Shown piece by piece: positions 1 to 14,449 of a DNA stretch of 64,000 nt (position 1 is the first letter of the stretch; each line of letters begins with the position of its first letter). Source of the DNA: Raillietiella orientalis (lineage: Eukaryota); NCBI GenBank assembly GCA_036172245.1, contig JAYWIR010000017.1, positions 682,001-746,000 of the forward strand, given 5' to 3'. Position numbers and translations under genes: made by a program. The notes beneath the pieces were generated by a model that was given only the letters and a program-made list of their open reading frames with translations, was not told the DNA's origin and made no database searches.

Positions 1-3000
1 GCTTCCGTACGATAGGATGTTCTGTGGATTGTCACTGCTTGCCGGCATGATGAGAGCTATACAATTGATAGTATGCCTTAGATAACAGCCGTGATGGGAA
101 GAAACGAATCTGCTTTTATAAAAATAGAATAAACTGTCTATCATCTTTGATTCCGAGTGAGCAAGGACACGCAGTAATTATGATAACTGCTCACTGACTA
201 AGTCACATGGTTTCACCAGAGGTACTCAAAGGGATGAAAACAGATTTCTCAGTAGTTGCGGTGCAGTGTGGTGTTCTTGCTTTAGATTGCTGTTTCTATT
301 GTGAGTAGAAGGGGAAAAACTATGTGAGAAAAATCTTCATAAGTTGATTATTTAGACTGTTTCCACTGAGAACAGAGGTCTCTTCAACTTGTATCTAAGG
401 CAGCACTAATGAAAAACAGAATCTTTGTATGTTGAGCTGTGATCTTCTTCCTGTTAGTACATTTTCGATCTTTTTTGTTTCCCCAAGTGTCATCTTTAGA
501 TCTCGAATACCTTTAAACCTTCTCATAATTTTAGGCATCCCGCCTTTGTGATTGGAGAAAATGGACAAATGTAATGCTTGGCCAACCTAGGGCTTTAAAT
601 TTCTTTGCACCGGAAAGTCCTTTATATCGTTTTCCTTGATTTCTGAATTGAAAGGCAATAAGAATGTCTAATTGGCAGTAAGTCGTATTTATTAGAAGTT
701 TGTCCTCTTATTTTTGGCACTGTTACGAGGAGCATTACTGCTACAAACATACTTTAAACAAAGCTTGCTGTTCTTTCACCATTTCCTGATGATTTTAAGA
801 TGTTCTTTTTATATTCTAATTGAAGAATTTTTTTGCATCCCGAATCTTCAAGTAGATGGACCAAAGAGTGAAGGGATATCCTTAACTCAAACATTTCATG
901 CAGTAATGAGATCATTAGTTTTACTAAATGTCGATGTTTTTGTGGGGGGCTTTCTAAACATATTCAGAGGTTTGTATTTTCCAATTAGCCTAGTTTCTAG
1001 CTGACTGCTTTTCCCTTGAGCAGTTTTGAAATCATTAAAAAAACTTATTTGGCTACGGTCCTCTTGAATATTCAAAAGTTCACAACAGCTCTTTCCTGAA
1101 ATAACGCTTCACAACCTTTCACCGTCAGGTAATTGAGGTAAGAGCACGTAGACTGAGACATGCAAAAGACTGTACTACATACTGCAAAGTACATGAATTT
1201 CATATTCTCGCATTCTCTTCCTGTTAGTACATTAATTCTTAACACTCTAATTCTTAACAACTTTCGTTCGCAAAAGTTACACAGGATGCAAGCTGGGTAT
1301 TTGCAGCTCATTTTGCAGTATGTAGCTCTCTTTTCTCTGAATGCTCTCCTAAATGGTTTAATTATGAGTTTGTCCTGGTTGCAGTTGGAAAACCCATTCC
1401 ATTTCTTTTTTCTTTTTTTAAAGAGAACCATAGTTTTTCGTGATTTATTGTTTGTTTGTTTGTTTGGTCATAGAATTATGTAGCCCTTTATCTATCAGAA
1501 AAAGTGATAAAGATCCAAAAAATGAAAAGTGAGATTACATAGGAAAGACTTTCAGCAGTTTCGACCTAAAGCGTTGGATAGAATTTTTCCTTTACTTCAT
1601 TTCTCCTGGACTTCATTTTTCCTCTGTAACATAAGTTTAACACATGAGCAATGGAGACACATGTTTACCTGCACACATATACAGTGCACATTCGATATGA
1701 TCACCTTTGCTGGAATCCAAATTTTGAAAATGTTGCCTTTATAGAATGTTGTTGATTGTGTCGAGATGGGTGGTCGAAATCAAGAAAAAAATTAATTTTG
1801 AACGATGAAATGAAAGGAACCAAATTGTTCAGCAGTAGCATGAATTTTTGCAATCAAATGAACAAATTTAGTAGCATGACAAAAGTGAAACATAATGATA
1901 CTGCATGGTGAATGATGATGATACGATATTTAATTTGATTCAAACTTCTTCACGATTGCTTTTTCCCGCATTCTTCTCAGGAGGAGGACATCATGAGCAG
2001 GAGGCAGGCAGACACTTTCTGACCACTCCATAGCTAAACTGGAAGAGTGGTCAATAACTTTGTCCATATCGAATATTTGAACATGGTAACTCCCATCTAA
2101 ATTCTCTTCCGCATGCTCCATAGGAGCGTTGCTAACGGTATCCGAGATCATGAACATGATTTCATTCATTTTCGCCTTCCGCCCATTCCATAACCTCAGA
2201 ATCACCTGCTACGTTTTTTCTCTTGTTATGGGATTGGATCGTGTTGCCATGGGCATGTGATCTTCATCAGTGAAATAGCCGATCGGTAAACTCAACTCGA
2301 TTTCTTCAGTTGATGAATACAAATGCTTAAAAGCATCTGCAATAACGCTCTTTGGAATGAATTTTAATTAATTGATTAATTAATTTCTCTTATTTTCTGC
2401 CATCTTTAACGCGGCTGGAAAAAGTTTCTTTTAGCGAATGACAGACAACTTAAAATGTTGACTATATCAGGGGTTGCTATGTCAGCAGTTTCTTTTATCA
2501 AAAATGACTATATCGAGCGTGCAATGTATATGTTGATCAGAACACAACTATTTATCCTTACTCTATTTAAGTGCCCTTACTCTAATTATGTAAAGTATTC
2601 CTTCGTTTCTGAACTTTCTTTTTTCTCGTCTACTCTGACAAAATGGATCCACCAATCGAAATGATCTAATGAAATAGTTCTCTCTGCTCATTCCTGACCG
2701 ATCCTAAATTTGAGCGGAGTAATTTTGATAAAGATTCAAAACGATCTTTAACGATTTTCTACAAAACTTTTAACACGGTCACCAAAATGCAAGAATAGAG
2801 GGATCTAATACATCTCTTTCGTATGGAGGGAGAATAATACCAGATGGTTCATAAAATCATCGACTACTACTGTGGTATTCTTAAGAAATCCGGTGTCGAG
2901 AGCAGCAAGCATTTTCTTCCTCCCTTCCCCTTCTGTCCTCCTCCCCAAGATAAAGCTTTTCATAGTATTCTAATTACTACTTAACATCGTTAATCGTGGT

Positions 3001-4422
3001 GTGCTTTGACATTTCTAGGCTCTTAAAGGCAGTTGAGGAGTGTGAATATATGAAAGGATGTTCTAGAAGCAGCATTCCACAATGGATCTCATAATAACAG
3101 TGCATCTCATTATCGTCATTTTAGACAAATTTGTCGCCACTTGGAAATAATGAAAATCTGGCAACGAATGCCATAAGCATTACATATAATAACTGTGCCA
3201 CAATGGGAACCAAATGATTTTTCTTAATCCACAAGTATTTGTCACTATAAACTACTATTACTTCTAGTAACAGCTGCTATTTTAGTTGACCAGTCAAGTC
3301 AAAATATGTTCTTGTAAAAGAGGACATAATAACTGTCTTATTTGAAACAACCATAATTTTTGTAACCTCAAATCTTATTTAGTTTCCTAAAATAATTCTG
3401 TTTCAGCATAGTCCTATTCAATAAGGTTTGAAGCTTTGCCTTTACTATCTGAAGTCCTGTTGATTAAAACTTAGAATGAGAAGCTTCCAACCGGCTAGAT
3501 TTTCCTGGATAGGGTATTGAATGATCTCTCTGCTTCTTACCGTGTCTTCCTGTTTTTTTTTCTTTGCACTTATCTATAAGTATCATTCTAAAACATATAG
3601 TACGAGCTATTCGCAATGATAAAATCCAGGACAATTATTTATTATTAATATGCAGATTAACCGACAATCTCAATTGCTTTGAGAAAGATGACATTTAATG
3701 CACAAAGTCAGAAGTTAAAGTAAAACATTTATTGGGATGAGCAAACAAAAATCCAACATAAATTATTCGAAGATAACTTAATGCAGCATTTGACACATTG
3801 TAAAGATATCATTATATAGATGGTTTAATTGCAGTGTTCGCGATGTGAGATACATCAAGCGTGCTTTATTTTAAGGTGAAAATAAAGAACAACCACTTGG
3901 AGCTGAAATTTTGGGGGGGGGATTTGGGAGCACTGGGCAATAATTCTCGGATGCTTGACGTGTTTTGCATGCTTTTTAAAAAAAAATAATTGAAAACTCT
4001 CAATGTCCCTTGAATTCATTTGATTACTTAGCTCAGTTTGCAGGTGAGCGTGTGGCCTATTAAAATCTATTGCAAACACCGTAGAGTGGGTGAGACATAA
4101 AGATTTCGAGATAATCCCCGATAAAAGTCAGAAGCCCACGAACATTTGCTGCAGTAATGGCATTGGTGCTTGAACTTCAATTGAACAGTTATTCAGAATG
4201 ACATATTTGAAGATCTCCAAATACCACTAAAACATCAAGAAAATGTGCTATGGAATAATAATTCTTAGAAGCTTTAAGTACTGCCTTTTAAGATAAAATT
4301 TCAAAGTGAAGTTTTGACATTTAGAAACATTAATGTCATTGTAAATTTATGTGCCGAATGTAACTAGTCAATAAATACATAAAAATTGCAAGCGAAAAGT
4401 CAAAAAACAGAAGTTAGATGCG

Positions 4423-6320
4423 ATGACAAAAAGCAAAAAACACAAGAAAGAAAAGAAAGATTTTGCAAAAGTTCGTCTGAAGGGTAGCCTCAAACTCCCA
4501 AGAGGGTTAAATGTGACCAACACAAATTTTCAATCACGTAGGATTGTCATAATGGGACAAATGCAATCTTCAGGAAATGGACTTCATGAGAAACAGCTCA
4601 GCATCAAGGTGATATTCAAACAATGGATTCACTCATCATGTTCCATAGGAGTTGCTTCACCAGCTCAAACACCATAGTAACTCTGTTCGCAAGAAGGCAT
4701 TGGTTTCCCTCAAATCAATGATGGATTCTCCAGCCAAGCCTCTTCTGAAAAGCCTGGGACCCTGCATTAGTGGTGCTGCACCCTTGCTCCTTGACTTGGA
4801 ACAAGATATCCGCAAGGCAGCTTTGCAGTTTTTGAATTTGATTTTACAGCATGTGAGCATGAGTAATTTCATGATCTCTAATTGGTATTAGGCTGGTGAG
4901 GAGCAGCTTGTGCCCTACCATAAGATATTGAAAATCCATCTGATGGCTGCAATGACTCATGTCAGTTCATCTGTGCAGCAAGATTCACTATTTTTTCTAC
5001 AGTCATTGCTTAACCATTGCAGTTCTGTAGTGTTGGCAAATGCATGTCCACTACTCACTCACTTGTTGGATCAGTTATCTTCTGGATTTGTAGGAGGTTC
5101 TCAGAAGTTGCATACACAGCATAGCATCTTGGGGCGTTGGTGGCTTCATGCTCTACAACTATGTTCATCAGTGCTGCAACAAAAATTCAGCAGATCGCGT
5201 AAATTTAGGGATCATGCTACAAATCAGTGCAAGGAAGAGATTTTCCAACCAAAACAACCCATATCCCTCTTAGCATGTAACCAAGCTATGTGGCAATTTG
5301 ACCATTTATGTACTATTGATGTTTCATCTGATCTTTGGCAAATTAAGAATGTTGTGGGAAGTCTGATATCTGTACTGCTATCTTTATGGAAAGAAGCACA
5401 CCATCAGGAAACAGCACATTTGCAGAATTTGCCTGGTGTGGTAATCAATACTCTTGATGTGCTTTGGGAGACTTTGCAACTAGAAGTGAACTTGGTGAGT
5501 ATCATTTTATTTATTCACAAGAGTTCTAGGCTGGTGACTTTTGTACTCAATATGGCCCAGAATTGGTACATTGTTTCCTACCAAATTTTCCCCATTGGGA
5601 AGAACAAGCTTTAGGACAGTCCCCTTCTATTATCCTTAATTTGCAACTGGCCAACATTCTCATGGGAGTAGCAGGACATCACCCTAAAGTGCCTTTTACC
5701 ATATTATGTTTCCTCATTGGTAAATATTTATGTTGCTTAGGTATATCATTTTGTTTTGATCAGCTATCCTAGAGGATAATGAGATTTCCGACAAGTTCCT
5801 GGATTCTATTGCACGTTTGTTAATTACATTTTGGAAAACTCGGCCAGATATGTGCCCTCTTTCAGCAGCCTGCCATTTATATACACGTTTGAAAAGTACT
5901 GGTCATGATCCTCATCCATTATTTCAAGCATTTTCTACTCTGTTGCACCTTGGCTGTACCCAGAATTTGGAAGTTTGGTGCAGTTCCATTCCAGAATCTT
6001 TAATACAGCCAATTATTTTAAAGGATGTCTTGGAAACTGCACTTATGTTATCACGCATGAATGTTGCTGAGTATCATCAAGCTTTTGCACGTTGTCTAGG
6101 TGCCATCAAAGGTGAGTGCCATAATGTTGAAGAAATTACACACACACCTCCAGAAAATCAGCCTGTTGCCTGCTGTTCAGACATGAGTGATTCAGAAACA
6201 CGTCACTTTCTATCCATACTGTTGCACTGGCATGAATTGGCTGAAAAAGGCAATCAAGCTTATTTGAACTGTTTGTGGCTTAGCAAACAGAAAGATCAAG
6301 TTCCAGTGCTGATAGAATAA
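4423..6320 (+). CDS. TEX10: TEX10/Ipi1-like pre-rRNA processing protein (Rix1 complex), about 569 aa. Exons 4423-4608, 4649-4852, 4892-5494, 5530-5740, 5773-6111, 6154-6320
   Basis: The N-terminus KKDFAKVRLKGSLKLPRGLNVTNTNFQSRRIVI followed by ELLHQLKHHSNSVRKKALVSL...LLLDLEQDIRKAALQFL...AAMTHVSSSVQQDSLFFL matches the Ipi1_N/TEX10 signature. Adjacent ORF pieces join in frame through GT-AG introns of 40, 39, 35, 32 (or 53, alternative donor at 5720) and 42 nt. AATAAA at about 6480. The 3' exon structure is less certain. Confidence 0.88.
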
Positions 6321-9300
6321 GAACTGACTGTCATCATACACTTATGATTCCAGCAAAAGTTGTTGACCACAATAATTACCTTAATCATAGCCTAACTAAT
6401 GACTGTATACCTCGCGAAACATGCAACTTGGTGCAATGTGCTGCAATTATTTGCTATTCTTACGTGAACTTTAACTGTTAATAAATTAGAATATTTTGTC
6501 AAAACCGTGAAAGTTCATTTATTTCACAGGAAAGGTTGAAAAAGTTTGTGGGCTACTAATCAAATAGGTAATTGCCATAATTTGCTCTGAAACCAGAGCA
6601 GTGTTCCAGCAAAGTCGTATGACCTACTTCGCTGGAATGGCTTAGTTTCAGCACATTTCCTTGAATGATTTGTAAATGTCTTTGACTGTTTTGCACTAAA
6701 AAGTACGGAACGACTTATTCAGCAGAAGACTATGGGCATATTACGGATTTAAAAAAAAAAAAAAACTTTTGCTTTAGACGGAATACGAAGAAAATATACA
6801 CTTTGAGGGAATCACTGATACGAGCAATATGATGTGACACGCGACAAGCGAAATTTCTACAGAAATGAGAAGGTGGCTCCAAGTTTTTAATGTGAAAAAT
6901 AATTACAACTGAACAAAGTGTTCGTGAACCCAATTCATCGACCTTTCAAGACAAAATTTTAATTCAGCCTCGAGAAATTACATGCCATACTGCTTTTGAT
7001 ACATATGCGTGAAAATTTTGACTTATGTCAAAATTTTCATTTACTTAGACATACGCTGAATAATCAAATGAAGGTTTGTTTCATCTAGGAGGAGAATACA
7101 CGTGAAACAAGAGCAATATACACGCATTTCTATTCATCTACTTATGTTATATTTAAATGAAATTTGGTGTTAATGATAGGAAAATTGACCATGGTAACTA
7201 CTGACTGTATTAAAGCTGAAGTCTCGACTTGAAACTGAACTCAGTAATAAAAACCAATCAACTTAATTTTGCGTAGTAATGAGGTGCTAAATGTTTCCCA
7301 ATTTTACGATTTTTATCTTGGAAGCAACACTTATGGCTATAGTTTGGGGCAAAAAATCTACAGATATACATTAGTGATCCAATTATAAGACAGTTTTTTT
7401 TCTTTTATTTTCTGTGATCAGTCCATGAAATTCAAGATCCTGTAATCAACGATTCCCGAAGAGCTCTTTTCTACTCTTGCATTCTTACATTTCTTGCATT
7501 CCTGAATATCCAGGTACCAGATGTCTATAATGCATATCCATCTTCTCAAAGCTATAATATAAATTTGCAAATAATATACTTGAGAGCTATTCGTTATAGT
7601 GCTTACTTTGCTGCACTCTAAGCTGTTTTTGCTCATTGCATATTTCAAAATATTTGTCTCTGCACCTTATTCTACGAAAATAAATGTAAAACAAAAAAAA
7701 TACAAGCTTTCTGTTTTTATCCTTTCGAAGAATGAAAGGATACAAATGACACTGCTTTTCTATCATCTTTTTTTTGGTGCAAGTAGTCGACTTTTACAGA
7801 AATTTCGGTATGCTTGTAGAATGTTTCAGTTTTTTAATTTTAAAAATGTTAGCCAGTTTCTTCACTGCTTCATGATGTAGAAAGTTTCCCCTGTTGGTAT
7901 AAATCCTCCATTTGTCCAAAAGGAAAAATAGCAGCATAATAAAAAAAAAAATCAGAGCTGCATGGGGGCGATTGCGATATTTTAATTATTTTTTCTAATG
8001 TTTGGGTTTTGTGCTGAAAGTGCTAGACTTCTCACTGTTATGTTGCAAGATTGTTTTTTAGGGAGCCTTCTTGGCTTAGATCGCTTGGATCGAGTTGCTG
8101 ACTTCAGCTTGTCCTGGAAACTTAGTTGTACCTACTTTTTCTAGTTTCTTCTTCCATATGTAACTGAGTTTAGCAAGGCTTTGGTAATCTTACAAAGTCG
8201 CGATTAATTTATCCGAACTGACTGATTCATATCTGGGGAATTCTTCGATTCTGGAAGTTTGCATTCTTTTGACTTACCATCTAGAAATGACGGTTCCATG
8301 TCTAGCTAGCGGTGACTGTATTGCCTCGAAGAGCCTTTTCTTTTATGCATCATTCTAGATGTCGCTTGTAGCCATAATTGCTCTCTACTTTGTGTTCCCC
8401 AGATAATTGGTTTAGCAAACTACCTCGCTCATATTTTATGGTTCCCAAGACCACAGTGAGGATAGAATTTGATGATCCGCAACAGGGATCAAGTTACCAA
8501 GGACTTGCAGTAACAGCTGCAGACTTGTCCTTGTTGATCATCGCGTCGACATATGCAATGTTTTCTCATCTGAATGCCAGCTGGTATCTCAGTCAGATAA
8601 CGAATGATCTCCATCCACCACACTTTTTCGTCCATTTCTGAAGCAACTGATCCAAACGACATTTATCCGATGGAGCCAAAATTCCGCTACAGATCTCCTC
8701 TAGGTTCACTTTTCTCTAGTTCGAGTATTTCCCTCAACAGTTTCTGATTGTAAAGCACCATTCTTGTACAAAGTTTCACATAAATAGAAGATTTATACTA
8801 GTTAGATCATTAAATTATTTGTTTTTAAAGGTTCTTTGTTTCTTAGTTGGAATAGTTTGCATTCCTACTTGTAGAGCAGATGCTTCAAAAAACTTGTATC
8901 ATATGCTTTGATAAAATGTACTCATCACTCATTTCATGAAAGAAATTTTCATATAATTAATCGGAAACTTGTTTGTCTCTATACTTCAGATTAAGTATGT
9001 GCAAAGCAATGTTTTCCTTTACCAGCTTCAAATTCAAAAACCGCACTGTTTGAGTATTTCGCTTGCTGCCTATCCTCTGTTCGCTAGCAAAAAAACCATT
9101 TGTGCTTTGGAGGAAGCACCCTTTGACTTTAACGGGTGAAATTAAATTTTGCCACTTGCTATTCTGTTTATGTGGTGACATAGGGATTATTTTTTTGAAC
9201 AGAGCTCTCAATTGCTACTTTCAAAACAGAACGACTTTTTAACATTTAGATTTATTTCTACGCACTGCCTTTCGATTAGTATGTTCTGCAAACTTCTTTA

Positions 9301-10326
9301 TATATACTGGGTATATTTGTATTATTAGCCAAGTTATTGACTTTCTCCATATCCGAATTATTTTCCGTTTCACTTCATTTCAGTTTTTTTTTTTGCTGTC
9401 AAAACATTCATGTTTGCTATTATACTTGAACGCAATTCTTCATCCTTATTCACTGAATCACAAAGGTATCTACAAAAGCGCTAAATAGTTGACTGTCGAC
9501 TCTAAAAATTGTACACTAAATTACAAATGGATTTGCAATAAAAGTAACATGGTAACAATATGTGTAAAGTTTCTTACGATTCCCAATCGCAAGGTGGCAT
9601 GCTGTTTTCAAAAATCTTCAAGGCGTTTCTTTAGACGAGCATATTTCGTGCTTTATTTCCCCTCTTATTGGCGAAAGCAATCCTCATAGAATCTAGTATT
9701 ATTCTGAAACAATTTCTTCATCAATGCTTAAAGGTGGTATCTAATAGAAACAGAACACTGATACTACATTGAATTTGACTCGCGTGGTACTTTACCAGTG
9801 TTATTCATAAATTACTTATAATTCATAGTGGCCATTCAGTCGCAGAGATTCTCATCTCCGAAAAATTATTACCAGCATCCGAAGCATTGACGACAATCAC
9901 TGTATGCAATCGTAAGCATTGATTCGCTGGCCTGTGCGGCATTCAAGGAATATCAGCAGGAAATAAAAATCAGCGTTCCGGTGAAAAACCATCGCAGAAA
10001 TGCCGTATTGATGAAAGCATAAATAAAACTACAATAATTTCGCTCAAGTACTTCCATTTCCACTGGAGGGGCGTCCAAAAGCTTCGAACATCCGCTCGAA
10101 ATCGAGTTTGCGTGCGAGCCATTCCGCCTCATCCCCTAAGCATTTGTACATCGCAAATCTTTGAAAATAGGGAGCAGTTTTGACATGTGCTTGGAAAAAA
10201 CTGCAAATCATTTGATGTGTATTTCACTCTTTGATAGTTTTCTCTCACGTATTCATCTACAATAAGTATCTAGCAGCAGAACAAAGTATTTCGCTATTCT
10301 CTGAAGAAGCCCTAAACACACTTTCA

Positions 10327-13300
10327 CTAATGCATCTGTGCAATCGAGGAAAAATATTGAAGCAAATCATCGACGGAAAAGTCTAATGAGATAAGTGCAC
10401 CAGGGTAACAACGACGTATTAAGTCATCAAGTAACTGATACTGACGTAGAAATTCATTTTGCATAGAACGCCAAACCACTTGAAGTAAATTTTCTTCTTC
10501 ACAAAGCTGTTTTTCAACTTTTTTATAGAGTGCCTCAAGTCCACGACGCACTTCTTTCCCTGAATACTGAGAAATCACCTTGCGCAATTCTTGCTTACTG
10601 AAGGCTAACTGATAACACACTTCGGATTCCTTAATTCCAGATGCAACCCGCTGTTGCACTCCATCAAAAAAAATCTAATGTAAATCACTATAATGTAAAT
10701 CACAGATGCAGCTCTCACAAAAATTTTTTCCAGTGGCCTGCCAAAGTACTTTGTAACATAGGCATTCAAATTGGCTGTGTACTTCTCCCGGCTGTCACAT
10801 CTCTCTCGCTCCAAGGCAACAACTTTGATCTTTGATAATATGGAATGCATGCGATGATAATTTTCTATCAAAGACATATTTTACAAGAACCATATAATGT
10901 TTCTAACCCATGCGGATCACTTCAGCAGGTGTTCGACCATAGTCCAGAGCAGCATTCTCAATTCCCTGAAATATTGCATGTACAAGGCGTGTATATGCCT
11001 TCTCGAGATCACTACGTCTTGATGTGTTCTTAAAAGTACTTTCAGCTATTTCCGTAAAATCCTAAAAAGAGTAACACAACGATGACTCAGAATTCCTACC
11101 TCAAAATTTTGAACAAAGTTGATGAGCCCACATTTATTCTTTTTGGATGGATGAGATGAATCAATAGAACGAAGCTGGGCCAACAACAGTTTATCAAATG
11201 ACCGTTTGGCATGCAACAGAGCGGAAGACAAGAGATTTTTGGCAAACAACCCTGTTTCAGGTCCATGCAAAGCATGCTCTGCAAAGTGCACCAGCAAAAC
11301 CATGCAAGAACTATAAAAGAAAACTAAAAATCAGATCAATCCAAAAACTTACAAGATATCAGCACGTGCATATTGCTGCACTAAACCATCCATCTCAGAC
11401 TCTAATGGCACCAACATTTCTCCCATCAAGTTACGAATGCTTTCTTCTGTTTGACGAATTTCACCTGCATCTGTGGGTCCATTTGTGTGAGATACTTGCC
11501 CAAATAGAAAATATGTACAGAAAACACGTTCCTTGGAACAAAGAGGTTCCAGTTGGCTCAATAGTTTTTCCAGCATGATTCCCAACTGCATGTAATCATC
11601 ACAAGATAACTTCTGATGCAAAAGGTTATAAATGAAAGAAAACGAAAACACACCTCCTGCATCCAGACATCTGTATCCACTCCAAGGAGAGGACCTGGAC
11701 GGATGCTCTGGAAATTGCTTTTTGCTCTGTCGCTGGCAATACTTCGCATTCCATCAAACAACTGATGAATTAGGGGTCCATAAAGGCGTGACATGGTCTT
11801 GATATATGCATGAGTCATGGCTTCATACAGATGCTTGTCCATGACATGCAGCCATGACATTAGTTTAGCATAACGCTGCAATTGACGTCGTGCACCTTCT
11901 GGTGAGGATTCATTGCTCTATAGAAATAATCAAATCTAAGACCCTATGCCTTAAGGCTTACCAACTGAATAAACACTTTGTTGAGATGACATCCCAAAGC
12001 ATGTGCAAGTTTTGATTGCCAGTCCATCATCTTTTGATGCTGTTCTTGCACAGCCACCATTTTCACAAGTGCAGGATGCAACTGAGCTTGGGATATTCTC
12101 AACAAGGCATCAGCTGTAGCCTCTGCTTGAACCAAGCCAGCTTCTGTATCTAAATAAGGTGACTGAAGGTAGTCCTGATGATCTGTACCAAGTTGGAGCT
12201 GTTCCTGTGGAAAATGCTAGCATCTCTTCTAACCAGTCACTTGTTTACTAAAAATTTCCGGAGCTCGATCAAGAGACACTTCATATTATCATGACGCTGC
12301 TGCAAACTTCTAGTCTTAGCATCCATTCTCTCAACAACATCACGAACACGATGCAAAGCACCGTCATATAATTCTTGACGCTCATCCATTTGCTGTGCCT
12401 CCTGGCAAGCACGTTCCAAAAGTTCCATAAGATGCAATACTTGCTTCTCTGAGCTGAGTAGACTGCCCACATTTGTCTAAAATTTCAGTGGTGGCAGGAT
12501 TGAAGAACTACTTACTGAATCTAGTACAGTAAGGTCAAGTGAAAGCTGCTGAGCAAATGCTTCTGCATTGGTGATAGCACCAATGTGATGACTCATCATT
12601 TGTACCAAATCTGTCTCCTCTTTTTCACTGAGCACTTGATAGAAAACATCATCTTCCACAGGCCCTTCAGTTCCCATGCTAGTGCTGGAAATTTGATCCA
12701 CTGATAACAGAAGGACCATGAAAAAAGGCAAGCACCAAACATACTTACCTCCAATTACAGACAGATCTGAATTAGGTTTAAGAAGTGTATCTGGAAAACC
12801 AGTGAACTTAGTCTCAGCACCCAAAAGTCTGCTGCATACCTGGATAAAAGGAAATTGAATGAAAGAAATGCACTCTCATCCTTCATCACCCTATCACCTT
12901 CCACATGCTAAGCACAAAGACATACTTCTCAGTGGTGCTAGCAGCATTCCAGCAATACAGACGATCTGTCTGAATGTTCAGATCCAAGGAATCCTGAAGT
13001 GGTTGATACAAGCCCAATAAATAACCTTTATATCATGCACCCACCTCTTCTAAGCCACAGCCATCAACTACACGCACATCTCTAAAATTCCATGCTGCTT
13101 TTTTTTTGAACTCATGATCTGATCTTTTGATCTGTAAGGGTTAATGGAGTAATAATACTGAAGTAAATACCTACATAATGAACATATGCATTAGCTGGCC
13201 TATCTGCAGTCACAGTAACACACAGAAAGCCACTGGACATTGCTTTCCAACGTTTTCCTGACTTTGACACTGGTAACAAAGCTACCAACCTTTCACCAGT

Positions 13301-13339
13301 AGGTTCAAAGACTAATTTTTGAATTTCTGCACGAGTCAT
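10327..13339 (-). CDS. EXOC1: Exocyst complex component 1 (Sec3), 13 exons, about 825 aa
   Basis: Spliced translation contains the Sec3 N-terminal PH-like region ([45 protein letters not shown]), [31 protein letters not shown], and the C-terminal ENYH...[13 protein letters not shown]...[31 protein letters not shown]...CYPG. Introns at 13132-13174, 12994-13044, 12840-12897, 12701-12748, 12477-12515, 12205-12248, 11918-11961, 11613-11653, 11311-11352, 11062-11099, 10865-10907 and 10675-10718 are all GT-AG. Spliced length is 2478 nt, divisible by 3. Confidence 0.96.
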
Positions 13340-14449
13340 TCTAATATGCTAACTTGCTTTGCTAAACTTTCAAATTTTGATCTGCATTGTGCTAAGAGTA
13401 GCCTAACTCTTTAGTTATTCAAAGTATACCACAATCACAAAAGTACCATTCCTTGCTTAAGTACACCACATTTGTTTTAAAAGCGTATAACTTAACTATG
13501 CTGTTTTCATATTCCAAATGCTTACGATCATCACCATTCTACCATTTCATTCAGTTCCCAAACATGATCATTTTGGGTGTAAGCTTTTGTTTCAAACACT
13601 GACATACATTGCAGCTAAACTTATTACAGTTTTAAATAAGTGCTGGTCAGAGGTTTTGTAATATTTAAATGTTCTTCGATTCATGAAGACACAAATAAGA
13701 AATAATTAAAACACCTCTTGGACTCCATTTTTTACAACCAATCCTTAAGTACTTTACGGAGACAAATAACATTTCCATGTACTTTACTTCATTTATTGAT
13801 ATTACCTTTAGCTACAAAAACTTGCGGCAACATAGTAATGAAAATGTAATTTACATGATAAAAATCACTGGAATCACTATTAACCCCAAAGATTTTTATT
13901 TGAAAACTGAATGCAAGGAAAATCCTCCTTGCAAAATGCAAAACGATAATAAAATAAAATAAAATTAAATTAAATTAAACCGACGAACATGCTTGCTAAT
14001 ATGAAATTACACCTTTACCAAGCCCTCATAATTAGGATTGGTTTCAAAGTGGAGAATTCACTTTTCGTGATTAATAAAGGTATAGCAAACAGAGAGATTC
14101 TCCTGCCAATAGTGAAACATTACATAAAATACACATCACCAAAGAAGCTTACGAGCCATCAGGTGAACTAGGTTATGGTGAAAAATAAATATTAAAATGA
14201 GAAACCGGCCACACTTCATGCTTAACATTTGCTGATTTCATGGTATGTGTACAAGAAATACCCACTTTATGTAAAGTGTTAAAATGAATCAATCGATAAG
14301 GAAAACAATAAAATGTCCATGTTTTACAACGGGACAGGACTAACGATAAATAAGGATTTCCTCTAAAGGAAAATCAGAGAAAAAAACCTAGAAGGATTCA
14401 AAAAAGGGTAAAGAATTAAGAAAAGCAAATTATCGACACTGTTGTTAAA

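Noticed and set aside
300..1450. Cys-rich short ORFs, possibly a BEL/Pao gag remnant
   Set aside because: No intact motif was found and the sequence is too degenerate to assign.
1930..2403. Minus-strand 91-aa ORF with a coding-like upstream extension
   Set aside because: It is interrupted by stops and shows no recognisable domain or splice structure.
8062..8082. gccttcttggcttagatc, resembling the U2 snRNA 5' stem
   Set aside because: The similarity does not extend to the branch-point pairing region or the Sm site.
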